From Octopus bimaculoides (lineage: Eukaryota), in assembly GCF_001194135.2 (NCBI RefSeq), contig NC_068998.1, forward strand, positions 28,056,753-28,120,752: 64,000 nucleotides of DNA, in the 5' to 3' direction. Shown here in pieces: positions 1 through 13,179 of the stretch. The notes under the pieces were generated by a model. The model was given only the letters and a program-made list of their open reading frames with translations. It ran no database searches and was not told the origin of the DNA. Each line of letters opens with the position of its first letter. Position 1 is the first letter of the stretch. Made by a program: the position numbers and the translations under genes.

Positions 1-59
1 TCAGGGTGGAACTGAAGATGATAAAATAGTTATTCTTGATGGAGATGACACTGATTTGC

Positions 60-300
60 ATCTCATTAGGTTGAAAAACTGTGATGCATCAACTAACAAG
101 AGTGGTGCATCAGGCTTCAGATGAACTAAGATGGTAGCATCAGCTAAGGCCTTCTTGATTTTATTTAAAGCCGCAGACTGTACCGTGACGAGTGATAGGC
201 TGGTGTTTTTTTATGCAATGTCGGAGAGCATCTGTAAGGGGTTACATAAGTTCCCCTGGAAGCCTATTGTTTACCTGAACACTTCATACAGCACTTTTGC
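60..300 (-). mobile_element. Ty3/Gypsy LTR retrotransposon pol relic (RT-RNase H connection)
   Basis: Minus frame reads QSAALNKIKKALADATILVHLKPDAPLLLVDAS, resembling the Gypsy AFxxIKxAL..LxHPxPDAPLxLxVDAS motif. An in-frame stop lies upstream. Confidence 0.6.
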
Positions 301-635
301 AGGAATATTTAGTACCCATATCAAATATTGTACATGATATGACTTGATGCACAGACCAAATAAATATCTACTAGACAGTATTTTCAAATGATTAATAAAT
401 AAAGCATATTTGAACTAAAAAATACAAGTACCTGTTCATGTTTGTGTAGGTCTGTGTGTGTGAGCAAATATGCATAGTAGAAATATGAACATGGTGAATT
501 TAACTATTTCTCTGTAGACTGAAAAATTGAACAGCCTTAATCGCTATTCAGATAGTATTGTGTTCTCATCAGAGGTGGCTACATTATTTGACCAATTATA
601 ATATTTTTATCTGCGTCCACTTTAGTAGGATTTTC

Positions 636-678
<43 letters not shown>

Positions 679-714
679 TGATGATGATGATGGAGGTACA
701 TATATATATATCAT

Positions 715-1620
715 CATCATCATTCAATGTCCGTTTTCTATACTGGCATAATGGTTTGACTGAAAACGGATAAGCTGGGGAGCTGCACCAGGTTTCAATC
801 TGATTTGGTAAGGTTTCTACAGCTGGGTGCCCTTCCTAACACCAACCACTCCAAGAGCGTAATGGATGCTTTTTACATGCCACCAGCTTGGGTGTCAGTT
901 AGAAAACACTGGCATCAGCCACGGCAACAATCTCATTTGATTTGGCAGGTCTTCACAAGCACGGTGTTCTGCCAAAGGTCTCAGTCACTTGTCGCTGTAG
1001 TTTAGTTAATTCAAAAGTCTAAATGGGAAATATTGTTTCTTGTTTTTCCTTTTTCCTTGTATTTTGTATTCATTGCCTTGATCTTTCTGTCCCAGTTAAA
1101 AAAGCAGTTTTTAGTTTTTAAAACCAAAAGAAAGGCAATCACAATAAAATGTTAACAATATATCAACATTATTATTTCTTTAATTTTGAAAATAGCATTG
1201 GCTTCTACATGCTTAGATTTACATTCTTTGTCAGTTTTCTAAAATTTGGTTTAAAGTAACTAACAATTTCCTATTGTCATAACTTTTTCTCATCATTTTC
1301 TACTATTATTGGTTGTTCGTAAAATGTCCACTGCTGCTTTGTTTCCCTTCATCATCATCATCATCATCGTTTAACGTCCGTTTTCCATGCTGGCATGGGT
1401 TGGACGGTTCAACCGGGGTCTGGGAAGCCAGGAGGCTGCACCAGGCTCCAGTCTGATCTGGCAGTGTTTCTACAGCTGGATGCCCTTCCTAACACCAACC
1501 ACTCCTACAGTGTAGTGGGTGCTTTTTACGTGCCACTGGCTCGGAAGCCAGTCAAGGTGGCACTGGCATCGGCCACATTCGGATGGAGCTTTTTACGTGT
1601 CACTACAATTTCCATTTGAT
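715..1620 (-). repeat. Two RTE-tail repeat copies (about 715-1000 and 1350-1620)
   Basis: (CAT)n followed by TTTAACGTCCG..CTACAGCTGGATGCCCTTCCTAAC, shared with many other copies. Confidence 0.75.
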
Positions 1621-1639
1621 TGTGATTTGATTTGATTTT

Positions 1640-2610
1640 GATTTTGATACCTGGAGGGGAGTGTGATGTGTTTGCCGTCCTACTTACTAGCACTTTGGTC
1701 TTTGCAACATTGACTCTAAAGGCCCTTTGATTCTAAACCTTGCCTCCACACCTGAAATTTCTTCTCTAGTTCTGGTAGTGATTCTGCTGAGGGCAAGGTC
1801 ATCAGCATAGAGGAGCTCCGAGGGGCATTCTGTCTTAAATTCCTCTGTTATTGCCTGGAGGACTATGATGAATAAGAGGGGGCTGATTCTTGATGGACCC
1901 CTACTTCTACCCGGAATTCTTCATTATACTCATTGCCAACCCTAACCTTACTAACGGCATCTCTGTATAGGGCCTGTACAGCCCTTATTAACCATTTGTC
2001 AATCCCCAGTTTCCGCATTGCCCACCAGATAAGGGATCTGGAGACCCTGTCAAAGGCTTACTCCAAGTCCACAAAAGCCAAGTATAGGGGTTTATCTTTG
2101 GTTAGGTATTTCTCCTGAAGTTACCGTACCAGGAATATAGCATCAGTGGTGCTTCTACCTGGCACAAAATCGAACTACATCTCATCTAAGCATACTCTCT
2201 CCCTAATTAGTTGGGCTATGACCCTCTCCATTATCTTCATCACCTGATCCAGCAGTTTGATACCCCTGTAGTTATTTCTATCTAAAGCATCACCTTTACC
2301 CTTGTAACACTTGACTATGTTGCTGCTATGCCAGTCATTGGATATGACTCCATCATGAACTACCTGGTTTACAGGTGACTAGGCCATAGCCCACACCACC
2401 AGATGTTTTAAGCATCTCAGCAGTGATTCCTGATGGGTCGGGGGCTTTTCCTGGCTTCATACCCCTAATTGCTTTATCTACCTGGGTGCTGTCTATTCGG
2501 ATAGCTGGTCCTTCAACTGGATCAACATTTGGCAGGCTCTCCTCCTCCCATTCATTCTCCACGTTCAGCAGTCTTTCATAATGGCTTCCCCAAGCCTCTT
2601 TCTTTCCAGC
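1640..2610 (-). mobile_element. RTE-clade LINE reverse transcriptase fragment, degenerate
   Basis: Closely similar to the RT at 55873-56493 ([32 protein letters not shown]), with stops and frameshifts. Confidence 0.85.
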
Positions 2611-2899
2611 TACCTTCTATGTCCGAGGTCTAGCTCCTCCTCCCTCTCATATATATAGACAGACAGACAGACATGATGATGGTGTGTGAAGAAAATTCCA
2701 TGAAAGTGGATGTAGATAAAGATATCATCATGATTGGTCAAATGACGTAGACACCTCTGATGAGAGCCCAATAAGGCCTGGAACTCAATGAAAGGTTGTC
2801 TATCATTTTTACAATACACAATAACATTGTTAAATTTACTGTTTCTATGTCAACTATATAGGTTTACATATATATTATATCATACCTTGATACTGTATG

Positions 2900-3545
2900 G
2901 ACTGAGATTCTCCCTAACTGTGGAAGGCACCTGTGGAAGAGGTAGACCCAGGAAGACATTGGATGAGGTGGTAAAGCATGACCTTCGAACGTTGGGCCTC
3001 ACAGAAGCAATGACAGGAGATCAAGACCTTTGGATATATACTGTGATTGAGAAGGCCTAGCAACTAAAGTGAGATAACAGCCATGGCTGATACCAATGCT
3101 GCATGTCCAGCCCATTTAATTGTACCTTTGATGCATCAGGCGATATGATATGCTTGAGAAGACCTGCTGAGTCAAGTAAAACCAAAATCGCCGCTGTGGC
3201 CAGTGCTCCCTGACTGGCTCCCGTGCCAGTGGCATGTAAAAAGCACCATCTGAATGTGGTCGATACCAGTGTCCTCTGACTGGCTCCCATGCAGGTGGCA
3301 TGTAAAAAGTACTATCCAAATGTGATTGATGCCAGAGCCACCTGACTGGCTCCTGTGCCAGTGGCATGTAAAAAGCACCCACTACACTGTAGGAGTGGTT
3401 GGTGTTAGGAAGAGCATCAAGCTGTAGAAACATTGCCAGATCAGATTGGAGCCTGGTGCAGCCGCTGGCTTTCCAGACCTCAGTCAAACCGTCCAACCCA
3501 TCCCAGCATGGAAAACATGTTAAACAATGATTATGATGGTGATGA
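2900..3545 (+). mobile_element. RTE LINE 3' end (ORF2 C-terminus, minisatellite 3'UTR, GAT-repeat tail)
   Basis: [30 protein letters not shown], then ~55-bp tandem units, the GAGTGGTTGGTGTTAGGAAG..GCTGTAGAAAC block and the tail. Confidence 0.8.
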
Positions 3546-3808
3546 AGTAACAATTGAAGGACAGGTGTCAATTCATTACAACCATTTCTAACATATTTTT
3601 TAATTGGTTAAAAAAAAACCATTGTCTTCAAATGAATACATGAATTTTACAATCAAGGACATTTAACATAATTTAAAATAATTCAAAATCCACAGCAACA
3701 TACATATTCAATGATTCTGTCACTAGTTCAGTTGCAGTCAACATATATATATTAATACTGCTTCTGTTACTAAGATATATTTTGTAAGAACCTGACTGAC
3801 TACTTGTA

Positions 3809-4155
3809 TAGGCACATGCATGACTGTGATAAAAAGTTTGCTTCTCAACCACGTTTCTGGGTTCAGTCTTACTGTGTGGCACCTCTCAGACCAACCAAAG
3901 CCTTGTGAATGGATTTAGTAGATGGAAATTAAAAGAAGCCATTGTATATATATGTGTGTGTGTGTGTCTTTGTGTTTGTGTTTGTTCCCCACCACTACTT
4001 GACCACTGGTATTGGTGTGTTTACATCCCTGCAACTTAGTGGTTCAGCAAAAGTGACCAATAAAATAAGTACTGGGACTGATAAGTTCGACTAAAAATTC
4101 CTCAAGGCAGTGCCCCAACATGGCCACAGTCTAATGACTGAAAGAAGTAAAGGAA
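3809..4155 (+). mobile_element. tRNA-headed SINE, family with internal TA/TG microsatellite
   Basis: Same head and GACTGAAA..AGTAAA tail as 12958-13412. Confidence 0.7.
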
Positions 4156-4253
4156 TATATATATACATGTGTGTATACTAGCTGCTGAACCCAGTGTTGC
4201 TCATGTTTTCTGTGTTGAAGTTAAGCCAACCTCTCAACTTGTATTGATGTGGG

Positions 4254-4600
4254 TTACAAAGCTTCCTGGATATAATTCCACCTACTTTCAGCAGAGGAGG
4301 ACGGGCAGCTACTGAGGACAGCCTTGATAGAAAAAGCAAAACATTTCTGCAGTGTAGGGTCTGAGATTCTGGCAGTGTTAATGTATGGTAGGCCCCTTTT
4401 CTTGGAGTGATGGACTTTTTTAGGCAGAATCCCCACCCTGCTACTTATTAGTGAATGATCTGTGTCACAATCCGCACTGTGGTAACTACGGGTCAGTTGG
4501 ATAGAATTCAGAAAGGATCTTCGTGTGATGACAAGATCCAACTGATGCTAGAGTTGAGATCTTGGATGTCTCCAAGATGCCTTGTTGGCAAAGAATGTGT
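4254..4600 (-). mobile_element. RTE/BovB-like LINE AP-endonuclease C-terminal fragment
   Basis: DLVITRR...TRSYHSADCDTDHSL is a typical APE end motif. Confidence 0.75.
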
Positions 4601-4634
4601 TGGTGATGCACAGATTATGGTATGTGCAAAATTT

Positions 4635-4677
<43 letters not shown>

Positions 4678-4738
4678 ATCATCTAGTTTCAGCTATGAGC
4701 TGTGGCCATGCCATTTGGTGTTGCTACATAATTTTACT

Positions 4739-5035
4739 TCATGAATGCTTTTTAGGAATTGACATTTGGTGCATGAGGGAGTTTGATGCCGCTGCCCTCA
4801 TCTGCACCTCCTGCCATGAAGTTGGCTCATCTGGGACACTTGAAAGTAAGAGGTCCAGCTTTATTTTGAAGACACCTACATCCACCCCATGTAGGTCTCT
4901 CAGGTTCTTCGGGAGGATATTGAAGAGCTGTGGACCTCTGAAGCCCAGGCTCTTGCAGTATCTTGTCCAACATCTTGATGGCAAATTTGGAGTCTTTGGC
5001 ATTATGCAGTGGCACCCAGTTCTAGTATTTGTGTA
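4739..5035 (-). mobile_element. CR1/L2-group LINE ORF2 C-terminal fragment
   Basis: SLGFRGPQLFNILPKNLRDL..FKIKLDLLLSSVPDEP. Confidence 0.7.
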
Positions 5036-5089
5036 ACTCTTGTGTAACATTTTAAGAGAATGTGATGACTACATATATGATGAAGGGAA

Positions 5090-5463
5090 CGTTAGAAACT
5101 CTATTTATCAATGTAAAATTACTTCCGGTTCTGATGTCTTTTTTTAATATGAGTAATTCTTCATCTTAGTTGTCCAAAAGAATTTCTAATCATTACTCTA
5201 CATTTAAACATATCAATAAATGTAACAATACTGGGTTTAGTAAATTAATTTGGTATCTAAAGGATCATAATAAACAATATGATTTGGAATGGTATATTCT
5301 ATCTAAATCATTTCCGTATGACAAAGGTAAATCTTTCTGTCCGCTTTGTAACGATGAAATGTATTTCATCTTGTTCTCAGAGAATCCTCTTGTAAACACA
5401 TTTAAAGAACACGTTTATTGTTGCAAACATTGGCAAAAACATACCTTTAGTTCCTATAAGTGA
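5090..5463 (+). mobile_element. Penelope-like element GIY-YIG endonuclease fragment
   Basis: KRISNH..F..FSKLIWYLK..W.I..Y..CPLC..E..CCKH resembles the PLE endonuclease C-terminus. A degenerate IYQ motif lies upstream. Confidence 0.65.
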
Positions 5464-8400
5464 TTTCTACCATTCTATAAACTTCTTACATTTCACTTCC
5501 ACTATATATATCTACTTCCAAGCCTTTAAGATTTATTCCTAATTTTTTACAAAAAAGGGTTCCTTATACACATTAAAATACGGTACTTATGACCTATTAC
5601 TTTCTTGGTGCTGGTAGATACCAGTATGCCATGCTGACAATGCTGAATCTCATCCAGTCAACCAAAGATAGGCAACACTGAGCCTAGTTAGTACATAAAT
5701 GCCTGCCCCTTTAAGTGCTCGAATCATCTTTCAGTTTGGGCAATGGATTGGCAAAGTCATTAGAGTGTTGGTGAAAATGTACTTAGTTACAGCACCTTAC
5801 GTTTTGAGTTCAAATGCCACAGAGACTAACTTTGTCTTTCATCCTTCTGAGATCAATTTAAGTTGATTAATTAAACTGAGGTTGGTTTAATTAGCTATGC
5901 CCTCCCCCAAATTGCAGCATTTAGTTAGAACTCATTTCTTTTTCAGCTCAAACACTACTAAGGTCAGCTTCACCTTTCATTCTTCCAAGGTTGATGAAAT
6001 AAATTGTCAAATAAGGAAGTTGGTTTACGCATTTTGTTGTTATTCCCCAAAATTTATGGCCTGATATCAACATTGGAAATTAATGTTTTGCAAAGCATAA
6101 CTATGCCACATATTAGAATGATGTATAAAACAATATTAAATTTACTAAAGTAACAAAAAGGAGCAATCACCTGGTAAGGAGTTCATGGGTGGATATTCAT
6201 TGTTTTGGGGTTTAAAGGTCGAAGAATAGTGTTAACAAAATAAATGAAATAAGCTACAGCTGGAATTGAAAAGGGGTCAGAGAACTGATTTGCTAGATTT
6301 ACGTGCTGGTGACAAGTAACAAGCAACACCCAAACGTGGTCAGTGCCAGTGCCGTCTGACTGGCTCGTGTGCCAGCGGCACATAAAAAGTACCATCTGAA
6401 CGTGGTTGATACCAGTGCTGCCTGACTGGTTCCCATGCTGGTGGCACATAAAAAGCACCCACTACACTCTCGGAGTGGTTAGCGTTAGGAAGGGCATCCA
6501 GCTGTAGAAACCTTGCCAGATCAGATTGGAGCCTAAGATAGATTTAAGACATTCCACCTGCAACCATTTAATCTTTTTACAGATATTTATGGCTACATTA
6601 TCTAATTTGTCCTTTATTTTTAAGTCAGTAAGTGTGATCTGAAGATTTGGTTGCTATCTCTAGCATTTCAAGTGATCATGTAGAAACTCTCTCATTGTGA
6701 TGAAGATGCTTACATTTTCCAATTTTGATATATTTGTATTTATTATCAATGTCACTTTATGATTAAATTTCATGCCTGATTTGTTCCATTTGATGTGTTT
6801 TGTTCTGGTTCTTGCTAATGCATCCATCAATAATATATTCAAGGTGAATTTAATTCATGTAATTGCAGTTATATGGAGTCTATTTATTTTTACTAAGTGT
6901 TCTGTATTCTGAAATTCTTCCCCTATTGTTCTGTTGCTTGCTCTACTAACTTGTTTGTTTTATTTATTAACAATTAGTGTTTGTTTTATTCTGTAGATTT
7001 CATTTTGTAGTGCATCGTTTTGTGAAGGAAAATCTAGATATTCTTCTGAATAGATATTTTAGAACAGACATGTAATTATGTGGACATTCACTGTCTTCGG
7101 CACTTACAGTCATTTGTTAGTGTCTTTCTTATGAAAGGACATAACATACCTACTGTTCTTTCTCTCTATATTAATGTTTAAACATTGAAGTGTAGTGTCA
7201 TTTGGATTTGTACTCATTCTCTGACATGGTTTCTTTGGCTGGTTGCCATAGAAACCACTTTATAGAGTGTATTGAGTGCTTTTTACATGACATCAGCAGC
7301 AAGCAGTGTGGCCACCAAATAACTAACAAGGCAAGGTCCCTCTACTGAGCAGGGAATACTGTTGAAGGTAGTGACTTCGTGCTAGGTTATAAGAGATTAG
7401 AGTATGATGGAGAGATAGAAGCAAGTGTCTTGCTGTAGAAGAGATACAAGGCCGCCTCAGTTGGTAAAGAGAGTGATGATGGTAAAAATGTGTCATGATG
7501 TACCCTTAATTTATAGGGAAGCGTGTATAAGTGAAATGATGCAGAGGACTGGAATGCAGTGAGTACTGAACACAGGTGGAGGGAGCTGGTGTTAAGAAGA
7601 TGAGTTGTGGGCAAGGGATTCATCAAGAACAGATTGTGTAGGGGCACAGACATAAATGGGATACCTTTAGGGCTCCGTTTTTGCTTAGATGGATGGGTCG
7701 ACTCAAGCACAGCAAATTGGCAGTCTTTCTTGGTTGTTTGTCATCTCTTGTAAGGCTCAACATCTGGAGGTTAAAATGTTGTTGTTTTGTCCTACATCTT
7801 CCCAAGTCTTCCTCTTCCAGTTTCCATCTACATTTAGTGATTGACACTTCTTTATGCAGCTTGGTGACAGGTTTACATACATATGAATAAGGCAGCTGTC
7901 CTTATCCTTATGTATCACATGGCCATACCAGCACACTCCACCTGATGATTCTTATGCAAACTAGGATAGCTGATTCTTCTGTTAAGTCCATGTTGGAAGA
8001 CCCCCCGTTTTCCCATGTATTCTCCACATTTAATAGCCTTTCATAGCAGCACTTCCATGCCTCTTTATTTTTTCAGAATCACTAAGCACAAGTGTACCAA
8101 TATCCATCTACACACACTTCTTACCCATATCTTAATTCTTTCTAATACATTGTCTTGCTACCTGGAACACCTCACACTGTAGAACATTAGCAAACCAATT
8201 TCCTGTTTCTTCTTTTACTATGTAAGCCTTAGACCTAGCTTATCTTCTAGCTATCTGATAAAATTCTCTCCTGCTTCTATTTTACCAGTCTTTCCAAGCC
8301 TGTGTCTTTACCTTTATGGTTCTGTCTACTTCACTGTTCCACCACAATGTTACCCTTGGTTTGGTTGGAACTTTGCATCAACCACAGATTTAGTCTGTTG

Positions 8401-9422
8401 CCCACAGTAGGTTGTCCCAAAGGAACTTCCTGTTCTTTTCTACATTACATGTCGCAATTAGTTATAGCTTTATTTTATAGCTCAGTAAGCCAATATTTTG
8501 GAAGACTTTGCATAATGTGAAAAAAACAAATGGCTAATAGAATTACAATCACAATGATAAAATGTTTGATTCTATTTATTTAATTTTTGAAAAGACAATG
8601 TCACTTTCTATTGTTGTTTGCTCTGTACTGACCCAGCAGGTTTATCATCAGAAGTATTTCATTAATGGCCATTCTATTTTTTGACTTTATTTTTAGATGC
8701 CATGTATCTAGGATTGCACTTTTCAATGTGACATTCCTTTTCAGACAACAGGATGAAAGCTCAGAGAAAACATGATTGCTATTTGTGGCCTGTCAAGTAA
8801 ATATGTAGAGTCTCATTTGTTTCTGTTATTGTTCATATTTGTAAATGAATGCTTCTTAATGTTCCTTTTGCTATTTTATTGCTGCTAGAATTCTTTCTAT
8901 GTTATTGCCATTCATGCAGTTGTCATTGCTTTTGTCACTCATCTCACTGGTAGACAGAACAGTGTCTCTTGTTAGCTGTGATAACACATCTCTCAGGTTG
9001 TCTCTTCATTCAGTGGACTAAAAAGAGACATGTATGTTATACTTAGCAACTTGATATAATCTATGGTGGCTGATATCACAACTGACAAATAATGCTTCTT
9101 TCGTCAATTCCAACTCAATTTTTAATGTTGTGTTTATGTTAAGATGGTGAGAAAACTGGAAAATTTAAAACAATCTAAGAAAAATGAATTACTGTGTTTT
9201 GTCTATAAACAAAACACAATGGCAATACAGTGATTTGAGTTCATTAACTTTGGGTCTGTTTCAAGAAAGAAAAATCCTGTTTCAATTTGCAGGTCTCTCC
9301 AACTCATTTTAACATATCTGTATTAACATTCATATATTCATATAAATATGCTACATAAAAAAAAAATGGAAAAAAAAAAGATTAAAAAAAAACAAAATAC
9401 CAAAATAAATGAAATATTAAAT

Positions 9423-9428
9423 TTTATT
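9423..9428 (-). terminator. Candidate polyadenylation signal AATAAA
   Basis: AATAAA on the minus strand about 370 nt after the stop, followed by a U-rich tract. The motif is common in AT-rich DNA. Confidence 0.3.
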
Positions 9429-9799
9429 AAAAAGTAGTCAGAGACCGGGATGTTGAATACTATCCATACATTGATCCTTCTGATAGCTAAAACATCAGCC
9501 TTAGACAGGATTTTTCTAGATGACCAATGTATTGATTACTGTATGTAGATATAATATTTTAAACAGTAGCATCAATAATGGCAACCTTCCTAACTGTAAA
9601 CCAGTGTTAGTGAGTCTACTTAAGCATAACAAACATATTACTAATGTTACCCCCTCAATAAAGGACAGGTGTGGATTAATTTATTTAAATCTCAGAAGGC
9701 ACTCGACTATCTATTACTGCTCACAAAGCAGTTTTTGAAGTAGTAATTGCTTCAATGAGATCCAGTAGAAATAAATGTCTCTATCCTTTCGAGTCAACA

Positions 9800-9910
9800 T
9801 CATAGCATACCACGTATCATGTAATTCAAGATGCCACCATTCGAAAAGTATGTCCACTCCACATCCGTATCAAATCGTAAAAGCACCTCAAATGTCTTTC
9901 CAGTACTCAG
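9800..9910 (-). CDS. ACO1: ACO1 last coding exon ([36 protein letters not shown])
   Basis: Acceptor tttgcAG; GGILNYMIR motif; TGA at 9800-9802. Confidence 0.97.
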   Translation of the reverse strand: MSTGKTFEVLLRFDTDVEWTYFSNGGILNYMIRGML

Positions 9911-10828
9911 CTGCAAATAAGAAAAAATAAAAGGATAACAATCGATGGAAATATGCAATCATATAAAGTGTATAGAAATGAAATACATCAAAAAACATTT
10001 TACATCAGAAAAAGCACAAATAATTCTTTAATCTTTTTGATATTAATCCACCTGAGACAGCTTCAAGTTTTATGACAAACTTACTACTGTTTTAAAGTGG
10101 TTTAAATTATGATCTTCCATCAAAATTTTATGCTAAATTATTCCAGCTTAATAATTAGAAAGTTATTTTCCTAAATACTTCATTATTTTAAAGATTAATT
10201 GAAACAAAGGCAGATTATGTTAACAGAAATATGGTAACAAAAGGAATAAATGTACATGAAAAACTAGGTGAAAAAACATGACGATACTTACTTCAACAGT
10301 TGTTGTTAATTGAGGTTTCATTCCTGGTGGTACAGTAATTGTATATTGTTCTTTTCCAGTCAGGCCAAGGGATTCAGCTGACTCACCTGGCAAATATTGC
10401 AGAGGAATGATACCCATCCCAATAAGATTACTGCGATGAATTCGTTCAAAGCTTTCAGCTAGCACAGCACGGACACCCTAGATGTAGAGATAAAAAGAGA
10501 ACATTGTATATTATTTAACACAAACTAACAATGTTAGTTAACATGGGAAAATGCTGCAGAAACAGACATTTATATCATTCCATATTTCAACAAATTAGAA
10601 GAATGTGTAGGTTCAGATTGAGCTTGTAATTCAATTACCTAACTAAAACAATGTACAGTTCAATATTTAAGAGATGAATTATGTACATTATTTACATTTG
10701 ACGGACATTTGTCCTCATCTTGTTTGTTGTTAACACAACGTTTCGGTTGAAATACCCTCCAGCCTTCATCAGGTGTCTTGTGGAAATTTCAAACCTGGGT
10801 TCTCATTCCTAAGGTATTTCTCGATGTA

Positions 10829-10859
<31 letters not shown>

Positions 10860-13123
10860 TAAAAACCTGGAATCGAACCCCAAAATTCCGAGTTCGATTC
10901 CAAGCAGTGACCTGAGTAGTAGTAGTAATAATAATAATAATAATAATAAGACTTGCTAATAGAAATTGAAAAAATGTGGCACCTCAAGGCAACTACCGTA
11001 CCAGTGATAGTAGGATCTCTAGGAATGATAAAAAAAGGTACTGAAACCTATTTGAAAATGATACCAGGCTTACCATCCCTACAGGAAGTGCAAAAAATCA
11101 TGTTAACTGGAACGACTCATGTACTGAGAAGAGCATTATCGCTGTGAAAACAACAACCATTCATGATTTTTTTTTTTTTAAATACATATTTTACCTGTGA
11201 ATTTGCGTGTGTAAACTGGGAATGCATACAACAAGTTTCTCTGCCCTAGGTGTACGAAAAACACTCGGCGAGAAATGGAAGAAAATTTGAAGAAAGAAGA
11301 AAAACAAAACACAATAATAATAATAATAACAACAACAACAACAACATTGAGAAATACGTTAGAAATAAGAACCCAGGTTCGAAATTTCCCCAAGACACCT
11401 GAAGAAAGCTGGAGGGTATATCAGCCGAAATGTTGTGTTAACAACAAATGAGATGACGACAAATAACCATCAAATGTAAATAATGTAAAACAATGCAATG
11501 TTTTAATGTTTGCATATGCCACTTCAACTTATATGTCGGAAAATAGGGTAGTAATCCTTCTAAGATTTATGACTTGTAGACATAACAACTAAAGAGGAAA
11601 GAATACATGAAGAAATAATCAGTTGCACCAGCAGTGGCTCAAGGAACTCAAATACAGCCAATTCTCAAAGCAGATCTTTGTAATTACAAGAGTTCTTTTA
11701 AATACTGATCATGGAACAGGACTTTACTTAGGTTTTCACTTGGTACATGCAGACAAAAAGTGTGAAATATCTCACTTTAGAGTGTAACAAAATAGTTATG
11801 GAAGGATTTCAACCAACCAACTAAATGTCAGGAATTCAAAATCTACAACTGCATTGCTTAATAAATGGCATAGCTAATATCTATACACAAATATATTGAG
11901 ATGAAGTCACTGGAAAATTTGTTAGAATCATTTTAACTCTAATTTAAAGGTTAGGCTTTACATAAACTGATCAAAACTGGAAAATATATCCCTGCATTTG
12001 AAAACACAAATGAAAAAAATGCAATCAACATAGAGGGAATTAGCACAATACAGTTGCCTTTATTGAAATAAATATTGACACTTCAACCATAAGGCATTAT
12101 ATCCTGAAAATTCTCAAAAGAACTATAAAATATTGCAATTTAAATAACTTAAATTCAATTCTGTTGTCTATAATTTGAAAACAAAAGAACAAAAAAACAA
12201 CCTTTTCTTATGTTCCTTAGGTGCCACATTTTACAACAAAGAGGTCCGATGCCCTGAATCATCACTGCTGCTATCCATGTTTTTTTTCCATGCTGGTATG
12301 GTTTGGATGGTTCAACAGGTCAAATGACCATGTTTTGCACCAATGTCCCAATTTTGGCATAGTTTCTTCTTTGGTCGGATGCTCTTCATAACACCAAATA
12401 CTTTACAGTGTACTGGATGCTTTTTACATGGCAACAATATTATAGAGGTTACTTGGCTCTGAAGCTCCTAAATTATTACTGCTAGATCCAATTTACCAAC
12501 TATCTAGAGTGTACTAAATACTTGTTTTTGTGGCACCAGTGAAAGGGAATTCTCATGGCAGATGAAACAGATTTTAGACTTGAAACAAATGGATAAATTG
12601 GGTATTGCTACAGGGATTTCAGTAGCAAATTTATTGTTAAAACACTGTGCCATACAATTCAGTATGCAATAACATGTGAAATTATATAAGATTTTGTAAT
12701 GAAGATGTTTACATAACAATGCTTCATCTGGCAATACTCCATGAGAGGTTTATTGGGTGTTACGCACCAATGGGATTATAGTAGCATAAGAAATTTTCAG
12801 ATGAAAGATAATTAAATATCCAATTTGATTCATTTAGGGATGGTAGGGTTAGTATGAGTTAGTAATCTATCAAAATCATTGATCTCACATGCTAAACAGG
12901 CTCATTACTTTCAAATGAAAGGATAAATTAAAAGTGGGAGTGTACATTAAGCTAACAGGAGTGGCTGTGTGGTAAATAGTTTGCTTATGAACCACATGGT
13001 TCCAGGTTCAGTCCCACTGCATGGCACCTTGGGCAAGTGTCTTCTACTATAGCCTCGGGCCGACCAAAGCTTTGTGAGTGGATTTGGTAGACAGAAACTG
13101 AAAGAAGCCTGTCATATATATGC

Positions 13124-13179
<56 letters not shown>

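Larger units (their letters stand above)
10683..11490. repeat. Palindromic tRNA-SINE element with collapsed centre and an inserted LINE fragment
   Basis: Arms about 10683-10915 and 11330-11490 are inverted copies of the arms at 14445-14940; most of the central tRNA-like pair is deleted. Confidence 0.8.

Noticed and set aside
3190-3380. CRISPR-like regularly spaced repeats
   Set aside because: These are contiguous diverged tandem units without unique spacers, in a eukaryotic LINE UTR, with no cas genes.
6500-9799. Iron-responsive element (CAGUGN hairpin) in the ACO1 3' region
   Set aside because: The minus-strand CAGTG near 8945 lacks a complementary 5-bp stem. The manual scan was not exhaustive.
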